A stretch of 64,000 nucleotides of DNA from Azolla caroliniana. Lineage: Eukaryota > Plantae > Polypodiophyta. Location of the stretch: contig JBHGNT010000018.1 in NCBI GenBank assembly GCA_043228905.1, forward strand, positions 9,734,001-9,798,000, given 5' to 3'. Below the pieces are notes generated by a model that saw only the letters and a program-made list of their open reading frames with translations, ran no database searches and was not told the DNA's origin. Shown here in pieces: positions 1 through 11,805 of the stretch (position 1 is its first letter; every line of letters begins with the position of its first letter). Made by a program: the position numbers and the translations under genes.

Positions 1-32
1 CGAAGGGACAAAAGAACGAGTCGGACATCGAC

Positions 33-323
33 TTGTGGCACAAGTGGATAGGCCACGTCAACTACCAACGGCTTCAAGATCTACAAACGAAACAGGTAGT
101 GTTCGGTTTGCCCAAATTTAGTGGCCGAAAGGCACAAATTTGTGAAGCCTGCCAGCTCGGGAAGCAACACCAACTTCCCTTCCCCAACGAGCGAAACCGG
201 AGCCAGAACAAGCTCAACCTTATACACTCCGATGTATGGGGGCCGGCACAAAACGTTAGTCTTGGCGGGAGCCGATATTTCATCTCCTTCATCGACGACC
301 ACACGCAGCACACGTGGATCTAC
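33..323 (+). pseudogene. Copia B pol fragment: GAG-pre-integrase and start of integrase core
   Basis: ORF 33..365 reads WHKWIGH..CEACQLGKQH..IHSDVWGPA..YFISFIDDHTQHTWIY, then runs into the LTR of A. Confidence 0.9.
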
Positions 324-994
324 TGTTGGGATTTCGGTCCCTCCGGATGGGATGTCCAGAGATGAATGACGGCAAGCCCGGTTGCGGTTACGGAACCGGA
401 TGATGAAGAGTACCCGGCATGAAGCCGGATGAAGAGTACCCGGCTACAGATCCGGATGATGAAGACCCCGGCTACGGAGCCGGATGCTGAAGACCCCGGC
501 TACGGAGCCGGATGACGAATGTACCCGGAGAGAGATCCGGATGCGGGGACATATTTGTGAATATGTTTGCCAAGGGCCCTTGAGGCTATATTTGTAAATA
601 GCCCGAAAGTCATATGTGTATAAATATGACTTAGGGCAAACAGTTTGTGTGCTGTTGCTCATTTTTCTGGTTTTCACTTAGAGGGAGAGAGTGAGAGCAG
701 CCGAGAGAGAGTGAGAGAGAGAGAGAGACGAAGAGGTCGTTGCCTCTGTGTATTACCGCCGCCTGTGGCGAGGACAGCGAGCTCAAGGTCGTCGCCTTGC
801 AGCTCGCCATTGTACAATCCCTACGCATAGTGATAGTTGGAGTTCGGGGACTCCCGTGGTTTTTCCCATTTAGGGTTTTCCACGTAAAACATCCTGTGTA
901 CTCTTCTCTCTATTGTCTTTGTGCATTCTTTTTATTTCCTGTTTTCTGTTAGTTGATCCTATTCCTCGGTTGTGGCTGAGCACTGTGTTTAACA
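324..994 (+). repeat. 5' LTR of A (U3 has ~28-bp CCGGATG...CCCGG tandem repeats; TATA near 619)
   Basis: TGTTGGG...TTTAACA; direct repeat of 5095-5765. Confidence 0.96.
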
Positions 995-997
995 AAG

Positions 998-1009
998 TGG
1001 TATCAAAGC
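998..1009 (+). promoter_or_regulatory. Primer-binding site, tRNA-iMet type (one mismatch)
   Basis: TGGTATCAAAGC versus canonical TGGTATCAGAGC, 3 nt after the LTR. Confidence 0.88.
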
Positions 1010-1025
1010 GACGGTAACACAGAAA

Positions 1026-4000
1026 ATGGAAGGCGGCGGTAGTGGGCCTCCGGGCATGATGGTGTTGAACTCACAGAACTACGCCGACTGGAAGATAAAG
1101 ATGGAAGACCTTCTCATCGTCCGAGACCTGTACGAACCGATCGACAATGCCGAGATACCCAAGGGAGTAATAGAGTCGGAGTGGAAGCTCCTGAACCGGA
1201 AAGCCGTAGCGACGATCCGGCAATATGTCGATGTAAGTGTCCTGCAACATGTGGCGAACGATACGAACGCCTATGAGATGTGGCAGAAGCTGTCCGGACT
1301 GTATGAGAGGAAGAATGCTCTGACCCGGACCTCCCTGATGAGGAAGATAGTGAATCTTAAGTACCGGGACGGCGAGAGCATGGTCGAACACGTCAGCACG
1401 TTCATGGGATTCGTGAACCAGCTTGCGGCGATCAAGTTCCCGTTGGATGACGCAATGCAAGCCATCATGCTGATGTGTACCCTTCCGGAGAGCTGGGAGA
1501 ACTTGGTAGTTACACTCAGCACCTCCTGTAAGGAAGAGAACTTGAAGACAAGTATTCTAAATGAAGAAGCGCGTCGGAGAGATAAAGAACCGGCCTCCGA
1601 CTCGAAGGCGCTGCTTACCGAATCGGAACGGGGAAGACAACGGAACCGAAGTCCGCAAAGACGGGAGAAGTCGGGGACACGGTCGCAGTCGAGGGGAAGA
1701 CCTACATGCTTCTACTGTGGGAAGCCGGGGCACTTCCAGAAGAACTCTCGGCATTTCCGGAAAGACAACGGAACCGACGGTACCGATTCGAAGAAGTCAC
1801 CGGAGCGAAACGGTGCATACCGGGGAGCCGCGGACCGGAGACGTCCGGATCGGCGAGGGCAGGACCGGAAAGGAACGACGGCACTCGCGGCAAGTGAAGA
1901 AGAGATAATGCTCATTACCAAAGAGAGGGAGCTGAACCTTGCCGGTGAAGAGATGACCTGGGTGGTCGATTCCGGAGCGTCGTTCCACCTGACCCCGGAG
2001 AAGAAATACTTCTCATCCTACACAGCCGGTGAGCACGGCTGTGTCCAGATGGGAAATGAAGGTACATGCCGGATTGCCGGCATAGGAGACGTGTGGCTGA
2101 TGACATCAACCGGATGCAAGATGCTGTTGAAGGATGTTCGACACGTTCCGGAGGTTCGATTGAACCTGATTTCGGCCGGGAGGCTAGACGATGAAGGCTA
2201 CACGGGTAGCATCCGGAACGGTGTCATGAAGTTTAGCAAAGGGAGCCTGATAGTGGCTCGGGCCCGGAAGGTCAACACTCTGTACCTGATGAATTCCCGG
2301 CTATGTCCAGAGGAGCTGAACGTGGCAGCTGACACTACCGGTGAGCTGTGGCACAAGAGACTGTGCCACATGAGCGAGAAGGGGATGAAGAGGCTTGCCG
2401 AAGACAACCTGATACCGGTAAAGCACGTACAACTGGGGAAGTGTACCGACTGTCTGGCCGGTAAGCAAAACCGGACCGCCTTCCGCTCAAGACCACCGAT
2501 GAGACGTAGTGTACCATTGGAGTTGGTACACACTGATGTGTGTCAGGTAGAAACGAAGTCACATGGCGGAGCCCAGTACTTCGTAACATTCATAGATGAC
2601 CATAGCCGGAAGCTGTGGACGGCACCGTTGAAGACAAAGGACCAAGTATTGTCCGTCTTCAAAGAACTCCACGCGAGAGTGGAAAGAGAATCCGGCAAGA
2701 AGCTGAAAGCACTACGAGCGGATAACGGAGGAGAATACCGAGGGCAATTCGAGGAGTATTGCCATTCGATGGGAATCCGGCTCGAGTTTACTGTGCCGAA
2801 GTCGCCGGAACTGAACGGGCTGGCCGAGAGGATGAACCGGACCATAATGGAGAGGGTCCGGAGTATGCTGGCGCATGCGAAATTACCCAAGGGGTTTTGG
2901 GCTGAGGCAATGTCGACTACGACATATGTGATAAACAGATCACCCTCAGTACCTTTGGACGGAGACACGCCGCAGAGAGTGTGGACCGGTAGGGAGGTAT
3001 CCTACCGGCACCTGAAGGTGTTCGGGTGTCTCGCATATGTGCATGTGGCAAAGGACCGGAGAGGAAAGCTAGATCCAAAGACCCGGCCATGCATATTCCT
3101 CGGTTACGGCGATGACGAGTTCGGCTACCGAGTATGGGACCCGGTCGACAAAAAGATATTCCGGAGTCATGATATCATCTTCATGGAGGACAAGACACTC
3201 GCCGAATGGGAGTCGGAGAAGAAGTTGAAGAACTCCAAGTCGACCGGTGAGAATCAACCCTACGAGGAGCAGTCCCGACCGGCAAGGGACCGGTTAGCAC
3301 TCGAGGATCCGGCCGAAGACGGTGAAGAAACAGAACCGGCCGAGGAAGATGAAACTGATACCGGAACCGGCCCCGATCCCGAAATGGATTCGGATGAAGA
3401 GGAAACGGAGGAGCCGGTTACCGAAGCTCCGGAACGGAGATATCCTCTAAGAGAGAGAAGGGCCCCCCGGAGATTTCCGGAACCAGAGCACGTGCTGCTA
3501 ACCGACGAGGGGGAGCCGGAGAGTTTTGAAGAAGCAAAGCTTGACACACATAGCCGCAGGTGGTTAAGTGCCATGCAGGAGGAGATGGATTCCCTGCATG
3601 AGAACCACACATATGAACTTGTGGAGTTGCCGAAAGGAAAGCGGGCACTTCGAAACAAGTGGGTGTTCAAGCTGAAACCGGGAGATGCCGGAAACCCCCC
3701 GAGATACAAAGCCAGGATCGTGGTGAAGGGGTTCCAGCAGAAGAAGGGCGTCGACTTCGACGAGATATTTGCCCCGGTAGTGAAGATGACCTCCATCCGG
3801 ACGGTGCTGAGCATAGCGGCAAGCATGGACCTCGAGGTAGAACAGATGGACGTGAAGACGGCATTCCTTCACGGTGACCTCGAAGAAGAGATCTACATGC
3901 AGCAACCAGAAGGATTCGAGAAGAAAGGGAAGGAGCACCTGGTGTGCCGGTTGAAGAAGAGCCTTTACGGACTGAAGCAGGCTCCCCGACAATGGTACCG

Positions 4001-5084
4001 GAAGTTCGACTCTTTCATGACCGACGAAGGGTACCACAAAACGCAGTCCGATCACTGCGTGTTTGTGAAGAAGTTCGAAGGAGGAGACTTTCTAATACTC
4101 CTCCTGTACGTGGACGACATGTTGATCGTCGGACGGGACCAGGCCAAGATACGGATGCTGAAGAAAGCGCTTCACCGAACTTTCTCAATGAAGGACCTGG
4201 GTCCGGCGAGGCAAATACTAGGGATGCACATCATCCGGGACCGGAAGAAGAAGCAGTTGTGGCTGTCACAGGAGAAGTACGTGACAAAGGTGCTTCACCG
4301 GTTCAACATGTCGGAAGCAAGACCGGTCGGGTCGACCGTCCCGGCAAACTACAAGTTATCCGGCAAGCAAAGTCCCAAGACAAAAGTTGAAAAGGAGGAT
4401 ATGATGAAGATACCATATGCCTCTGCCGTCGGGAGCTTGATGTACGCGATGGTGTGTACCCGACCGGACATTGGATACGCAGTCGGAGTGGTGAGCCGGT
4501 ATATGAGTAATCCCGGCAAGGAGCACCGGAAGGCGGTCAAATGGATACTCCGATACTTAAAGGGCACTTCGAACATGTGCCTCCGATTCGGCTCCGGTAA
4601 GCCCGAACTCGATGGATTTACCGATTCGGACATGTCGGCTGATGCGGATACCAGCCGGTCTACATCAGGGTATGTAATGACATATGCAGGGGGAGCCGTT
4701 TCGTGGCAGTCGAGGTTGAAGAAGACGGTTGCGTTGTCAACCACGGAGGCGGAGTACATGGCGGCTGTAGAAGCCGGCAAGGAAATAATATGGATGAAGG
4801 ACTTCATTAGAGAGCTCGGTATCCGGTAGGAGGAGTGCCGGCTCTACTGCGATAGTCAGAGTGCCATCCACCTTGCGAAGAACGCGGCCTACCATTCCCG
4901 GACGAAACACATCCAGCGTAGATACCACTGGATCCGGGAAAGGATAGAAGACAAGGAGTTCGTACTGACGAAGATCCACACGGACGAGAACGGGTCGGAT
5001 ATGCTGACCAAGGTGCTCACACCCGACAAGCTGGAAGCATGCCGGAAGAGGATCGGATTGGAGAGACATCCCATGCCGAAGTGA
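1026..5084 (+). CDS. Copia A gag-pol polyprotein (Gag, protease, integrase, RT, RNase H) with one premature TAG at 4827-4829 in RNase H
   Basis: 1267-aa ORF with WVVDSGAS protease, HTDV/FIDD/DNGGEY integrase, YVDD RT and FTDSD RNase H. The same frame continues after the TAG (EECRLYCDSQSAIHLAKN...HPMPK*) to 5084. Confidence 0.93.
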
Positions 5085-5092
5085 AGGGGGAG
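5078..5092 (+). promoter_or_regulatory. Polypurine tract of A
   Basis: GAAGTGAAGGGGGAG just 5' of the 3' LTR. Confidence 0.88.
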
Positions 5093-5094
5093 TT

Positions 5095-5765
5095 TGTTGG
5101 GATTTCGGTCCCTCCGGATGGGATGTCCGGAGATGAATGACAGTAAGCCCGGTTGCGGTTACGGAACCGGATGATGAAGAGTACCCGGCATGAAGCCGGA
5201 TGAAGAGTACCCGGCTACGGATCCGGATGATGAAGACCCCGGCTACGGAGCCGGATGTTGAAGACCCCGGCTACGGAGCCGGATGACGAATGTACCCGGA
5301 GAGAGATCCGGATGCGGGGACATATTTGTGAATATGTTTGCCAAGGGCCCTTGAGGCTATATTTGTAAATAGCCCGAAAGTCATATGTGTATAAATATGA
5401 CTTAGGGCAAACAGTTTGTGTGCTGTTGCTCATTTTTCTGGTTTTCACTTAGAGGGAGAGAGTGAGAGCAGCCGAGAGAGAGTGAGAGAGAGAGAGAGAC
5501 GAAGAGGTCGTTGCCTCTGTGTATTACCGCCGCCTGTGGCGAGGACAGCGAGCTCAAGGTCGTCGCCTTGCAGCTCGCCATTGTACATTCCCTACGCATA
5601 GTGATAGTTGGAGTTCGGGGACTCCCGTGGTTTTTCCCATTTAGGGTTTTCCACGTAAAACATCCTGTGTACTCTTCTCTCTATTGTCTTCGTGCATTCT
5701 TTTTATTTCCTGTTTTCTGTGAGTTGATCCTATTCCTCGGTTGTGGCTGAGCACTGTGTTTAACA
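5095..5765 (+). repeat. 3' LTR of A
   Basis: Direct repeat of 324-994, followed by TSD TCTAC. Confidence 0.96.
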
Positions 5766-5770
5766 TCTAC

Positions 5771-7580
5771 CTCATTGAGAGGAAGAGCGAAGTCTTCGAC
5801 TGTTTCCGGGACCTCAAAGGGTTCGTGGAAGCCGAAACGGGACGGAAGATCAAGTGTCTGCGGTCGGATGGCGGGAAAGAGTACTTTTCCAGTCAATTCA
5901 ATGGTTACCTACAACAAATGGGAATTCGCCGAGAATTCAGTTGTAGATACACGCCAGAGCAGAACGGCGTGGCCGAGAGGAAGAATCGGTCAGTTGTGGA
6001 AGCGGCACGGGCAATGCTGGAGGAGAAGAGCTTGCCCAAGTTCTACTGGGCCGAGGCGGTAAGGACCGCGGTATACATCCAGAACCGGATCGGAGACAAA
6101 GTATCGGCACACGAACTATATTTCGGAACGAAGCCGAACTTGCGACACTTGAGGGTGTTCGGTAGCAATGCGTATGTGCATGTACCAAAGGAGAAAAGGA
6201 GGAAGCTGGATGCAAAGGCCGAGAAGAGCATCTTGGTCTGTTACTCGGACGAGCAGAAGGGTTATAAGTGCTATAACCCTCGCACCAAACAAGCGCGTGT
6301 CAGCCGCGACGTTGTGTTTGACGAGTCCGCGTCCTGGTACCTGCCCTCGCCTCGGAACCCCGACTCCAATACGGGACCTGACGATGAGGTCAGCGAGGCC
6401 GAGATGTCTCTGGATGAGCCCAAAATCGAGACTCGCGAAGAAAGTCTGATTTCACTCCGGTTAAGTGGACCGATTGGACGACTGAGTCGGTACGACCAGT
6501 CCGATGAAGAGCAGGCGAGTAGTGGAGACTCGGCCATGCATTCCCCGCGTAGGAAGCCGAGGAGACGGCTTATGCGCAAAGAGAAAGGGAAGAAGAAGGT
6601 GTTGGATTCCGGCACAGAAAGGAACGAGTCAGACCGACGCGAGTCCGACTCCGAGGAAACCGGTGACGGGTCTTTAAAGCTGAAGACCACGTCGACCGAG
6701 AAGGCCTCACATCGGCTAATGTGAGATTACGCCGATCTACCCACCAGAAGAACCCAGTTGTGCAGTTCGGATACAACGAGTACATGGCGCATCATTATGC
6801 GTACATGACCCGTGTAGCAGAAGTGCGTGAGCCGGAGAGCTACGCAGACGCGGCGGAAGACGCAAATTGGCGTGCCGCGATGGAGGAAGAGATGCACACA
6901 TTGGCGGAGAACGAGATCTAGGACCTGGTTGACGCACCGAAGGGTGTGAAGCCGATCGGGTGTAGATGGGTGTACAAAGTCAAGTACAACACCGATGGCT
7001 CGGTCAACCGGTACAAGGCTCAGCTAGTGGCAAAGGGCTACCCGCAGAAGCACGGCATCGACTACGATGAGACGTTTGCACCGGCCGCGAAGATGACGAC
7101 CGTCCGTGTTTTGCTCGCTGTAGCTGCGGCGAAGGAGTGGCATTTACATCAGATGGATGTAAAGAATGCGTTCCTGCAAGGTGACCTTGAGGAACAAGTG
7201 TACATGGTAGAGCCCCCCGGATTTCACTCCGGAACGAACTCCTCGGCAGTATGCCGACTGAAGAAGTCCCTTTATGGACTGAAACAAGCCCCGCGTGCCT
7301 GGAACGCGAAGATCACGCAACAACTGCGTCGGTTGGGCTGCGTCACGTCAAAATCGGACTCTTCCCTGTTCATCCGGAAAGGTCGACTCGGACCGGTTAG
7401 TATTTTACTGTATGTTGATGACTTGGTCATCACCGGCGCCGACCTAGGTGAAATCGATCGCGTGAAGCTCCAGCTTGCGGCATCGTTCGACATGAAGGAT
7501 CTGGGGGACCTTCATTACTTCCTCGGGATCGAAGTGATCCGTACCCCCGAAGGCATATTGATCAGCCAACGTCATTACGT
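5771..7580 (+). pseudogene. Copia B integrase core to RT (frameshift and stop)
   Basis: ORFs 5741..6724, 6721..6921 and 6946..7764: LRSDGGKEY, PEQNGVAERKN, KPIGCRWVYK, QMDVKNAFL, LYVDD. Confidence 0.92.
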
Positions 7581-8228
7581 TGTCGAGGTATTCCTCGCGG
7601 ATGCATGGAATGAGGCGGGACCTCAGGGGTCTTGTACCGAAGAGCAAGAGAGAAAGGAGAAGGGAGGGGACCCACTACGTGCGAGCGTAGATTCACAGGG
7701 ACACGGCCCTTCGACACAAAGACGCGAGTGGGACACCAACACAGAGAGACACGAATGTATGTAAATATATATATTAACAAACCAAACAACAAGAAGCACA
7801 AAGTCGGTTACAACCGAACAGGCCGGCGAACAGATGCCGATGCTTGTTCGTAAACGCACAGAAAGAAAGGAGTAGGTTGGAGGTGCTGCCGGAAGCACTC
7901 GGGCATTCCTCATAGCAGCGCGAGCCTCCCAAAACCCGCACAGAAAGAAGCTACGCAGTTTGGAAGAGAGAGAAGCCTTCGGCCGACAACCCGACAGCAC
8001 TTCGTCCTCTCTAACCGCGAACCCCCTTTTCCTCTTCCCTGTCTCCCTCCTTTTATAGGCAAGAAAGGAGTCGTTTCCCATTAACTTCCTACCAACCGGA
8101 TCTACCTGCCTAGGATCTTCTATGTACTTACTCCTCTCTTGTGTACAATATAAGGCGTACGTGCATGAAGAGCTGGTTCCTACACTCCGATGTACCGATT
8201 CCGCTTGTGGACGGTTTTCTTCACGACA
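7581..8228 (-). repeat. 3' LTR of G
   Basis: Direct repeat of 13967-14614; purine tract GGTGGGGGCGGA (minus strand) adjacent at 8229-8240. Confidence 0.95.
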
Positions 8229-8301
8229 TCCGCCCCCACCTAACCGCGCATCCTCCGGCATGCGCCAAATTGAGTCAGGACGGAGAAAACCGATCCAACC
8301 T

Positions 8302-11300
8302 TCATCCCTCGCCCATCGGTTCTTCCTCGGTTTCGGATCGTTCGTCGTCGCGGTCCAGGTTAACCGGATCCGGCTCGTCGTCGTGACGCTTTTTGAACGC
8401 TTTGATCCGCTTCCCAGCTATCGGTATCGCCATTCTTGTGCCGTCGAGTTCCGCCAGATGGTACGTCTCGTTGTCGTTGGCGCTTTGTACCACGTAAGGT
8501 CCGAACCACCTTCTCGCAAACTTTCGTGTCGCTCGGTGCTGGTTGACGAGGCTGCTGTCGTAGACTAGCACCCAGTCGCCTTCCTCGATCTTCTTCGGTT
8601 GGAGCCGGTGTGTTCGGTCGAACCGGGCTTTGTTCCTCGTCCTTGCCACCCGAAGCTTTTCCGCGGCCTACTCCACGTCCTCCGGTCTTCGCTCGAGCTG
8701 TCGTATGCGCGCCGCCAACAGTTCCTCCCGGCTCATCTCGTCTCTCCAGTCCACGGTTGCCCACGAGGAGATCGTACGTTCCATCGGCATGATCGGCTTC
8801 TGCCCAAACATGAGCTCTGCCGGCATGAATCCGGTTACCGAACTGTGCGTAGTTCGGTCTGCCCACAACGCGTAAGGCAGCAGCCGCGGCCAGTTCCCGA
8901 CTTGTCCCCCGCATGCCCGAACTAACGCCTTGACGATCGGTCCGTGTCTGCGCTCCACCTTCCCATTCGCCTCCGGATTGTACGCAGTGGTAAGCGAGAG
9001 CTTGACTCCTAGCCGGTCGAACAGCTCTTCGGCCTCTTCGACATCCAACTCCCCGCGATCAGCCACGATCTTCCCAACGCACCCGTACCGGCATATCACG
9101 TCCTCGATCAAGAACCGACATACGGCCGCGGTCGTTTTGTTCTGAAGGGCTCGGCCTTCCACCTGGTTCGTCAGATCTTCCCGAGCCAGGACCAAATACC
9201 GCATCTGTCCTACTCCCATCGGCATCGTCACCAGATCTACCATCCATTTGAAGTGGATGGTCGGAGGGTACGTAGGGTGAAGCCCGTCCCGATGTCGGAC
9301 TATGGAGTGCATCTGACAGCTCTCGCAAGTTGTCACGAACCGATGCACGTCCCGGTACAGTCCCGGCCACCAGTACTTCCCTTTTATCTTCTCGAACGTG
9401 GCCCATGTTCCACGGTGTCCAGTCCAAGGGCTGTCGTGGTAGGCCGTCAGCAGCTCCTCCTGTTCTTCCTTCATTGCCACCACCCGGAGCAGGACGTCGT
9501 TCCTCTTCTTCGGGTGCTTCCATAAGTATCCGTCCCGGAGAAAGAATCGGTATGCTTTCTTCCGGATCCGGTTGGCCTCGTCCCTCGTCCCTGACGCATC
9601 CGGCGTCATTGTCCTCAAAAACCCACCGATCTCTAGCCACTCGCCGTCGTACTTGCTCTCGTCGAAGCCGTTAAGTGCCGGAGTGCTCGTCCCATCGGTC
9701 GTCACGTACGCTGCCTCGAAGAAGTCCACGCCGACTTCTTCGTCCTCCGAAACCATGCCGCCCTCGTCATCAAACCTCGCCCTCGAAAGCATGTCGGCCA
9801 TGGCGTTGTCTTTTCCGGAAATGTGTCGTATTTCCGGGTCCAGGGACTTGATGTACGCTATCCACCTGAGCATCGCCAGGTCCGGTGTCACGCATCCAGA
9901 AACCATGCCGAGAATTGGCAGGCAATCCGTCTCGATAATCACTTCTGTCCCGATCAGGTAGTCTTTGTCGGCCTTTACTGCCGAAACGATACCCCAGAGT
10001 TCGCGTTTAACCTGGGCGTACCCTTGCTGTTGCTCACTGAGGACCTTCGCGCTGAATCGGATCAGGAACCGAACGCCGTCCTCGTCTTCTTGGTTGACGA
10101 CCCATCCGATCCCGGTCGGACTCGTATCCACCGTTATGTGTACCGGGGTACCCTTCCCGTAGACAGCCTTCCGGAGCGCCGGTGTTGCCGCAAGAGCTCC
10201 CTGCAGCTTCCGGACCGACTCCGTGTGCTCGTCTCGCCACTCGAATTTTCGCCCCTTCTTCAGCAACCCGTATAGCGGCTCCGCAACGTGGCCGTAATGC
10301 GGGATCCATATGTGGTAGAATGCGCATGCCCCCAGGAACCTTCGAACTTCCGTAACCGAGCTACAGTCAGTCTTCATCGCGGAGATGGCTTCTACTTTTG
10401 CCGGAGACGGGTTCCGGCCATACGGTCCACATAGGCGTCCGACCACCAGGATTTCTCATTGCCCGAATGCCGATTTCTCCCCGGAGAAGGTGAGCCTCGC
10501 ATCCTCTAGCCTTTGTAGCACCTTCTCGCAGTCGCCGATGTGTGTTGCCACGAATCGCCGGCATCCGTCCGGCCCGACTGTCTCGTCCTTCTCTTCCACC
10601 GGGCACCCTTTGATAGGGATGTCGTCTAGAAATGGCATGGTGATGTCCGGGATGCAATCCCTCAGTACCTTGTTCATTGCATTCACCATGTGGGCCACCG
10701 AGTTGGTCCCTCCTTGTGGCAGGGTACACATTCGCACTAGGCCGAGGGGAGTTCGCATCGTCGTAATGTCTCTGCTCTCCACGGCTAGCTGGAACTGGTC
10801 GTACCCCGAGTACAGATCACCGACCGAGTAAGTCGACCTTCCGACGAAGGCCTCCGCGAACTCGTCTATGGTCGGTCCGATTCCCGCGTTCCGAATGGTC
10901 ACTCGGTTGACCGGCTGCAGGTCTTGAATGAAGCGCAATGTTCCGTTTTTCTTCGGTACAGTAAACCATCGGTTCGAGTATGGGGCACTCAACGGTTCGA
11001 GAATGCCCATACTGACTTTCTGCCTCAATAGCTCCATCAACTTCGGGATGTGAGCTCTCGGTACTGTAATCGGCTTGAGATTCCACGGCACATGCGGTAC
11101 TGTGAATATCACCATCGGCTCCACGATTGTCGGGTCTACGCACCCGATCTCATCCGGTGAGAATGCGAAGGCTCTCTCGTGCCTTCCGAGCATTCTCCGA
11201 AACCGGTCTTCCTCCGCCGGCAGTAGGAACCCGCCCCCACCGATCTTGAGCTCCCGGAGCGTCCCGTCGGTGAAGGTGTGTCCTATGCAGACCGGATCTC

Positions 11301-11805
11301 GTAAACTGGGGTCCGACGCAACCCCTCTGATTCGGGATTCGCTGCCCTCCGGTAAGTGTGCCGCGACTGGCCTTACCTTCCGGTCCACAGTCTTGTACCT
11401 CGTGCTAACTCGGGCCGTCCAATCTGACCCGAGCCCCTGGCTGAAGTTCGCGATGACTTCGTACATCTCTTCGGAACATACCGGTATCGTCCGGTCTTCG
11501 TTAAGGTCTTCTCCGACTACCTTCCTCAGCATCCCCAAGGTGTCATCGAAGGAGACCGCCTCCATGGCTCTGCTAATTTCCTCGTCCGGGCTGAGAACTC
11601 CGCACGCTCGAAGTCGTTCCTCCGCCCTTGCCTTTTCTCGGCCAACGATGCCGACTATCATACACCCTTCGTTGTTGGAGAAGCAAAATTTTTTACTTAT
11701 CGTACAGGGTTCCTTCGGTTTTGGTTCTATCGTACAGCTGTGGGGTCTTTCCCGAGTGTCCGGACTGTCTCGGCCCCACGCCTTGGCAGCCCTCTCTAAA
11801 AATCC
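8302..11805 (-). pseudogene. G pol ORF2 (RT, RNase H, integrase) with in-frame stops
   Basis: ORFs 10456..11661, 8668..10446 and 8302..8649 share one frame: GDLYSGYDQF, PFLDD, TVDTSPTGIG, H..H..CESC, YNPEANGKVER, WFGPY. Confidence 0.92.

Larger units (their letters stand above)
324..5765 (+). mobile_element. Full-length Ty1/Copia element 'A' (Tork/Tnt1-like), young, inserted in the integrase of B
   Basis: Two 671-bp TG...CA LTRs with about 8 substitutions by eye; 5-bp TSD TCTAC at 319-323 and 5766-5770; PBS; PPT; single gag-pol ORF. Confidence 0.97.

Noticed and set aside
396-530. CRISPR-like array of ~28-bp repeats (also ~40-bp repeats at 55580-55765)
   Set aside because: No unique spacers or cas genes; these are U3 tandem repeats present in both LTRs
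4827-4835. Programmed stop-codon readthrough in A
   Set aside because: Stop is mid-RNase H, lacks a CARYYA context, and A' has a sense codon there
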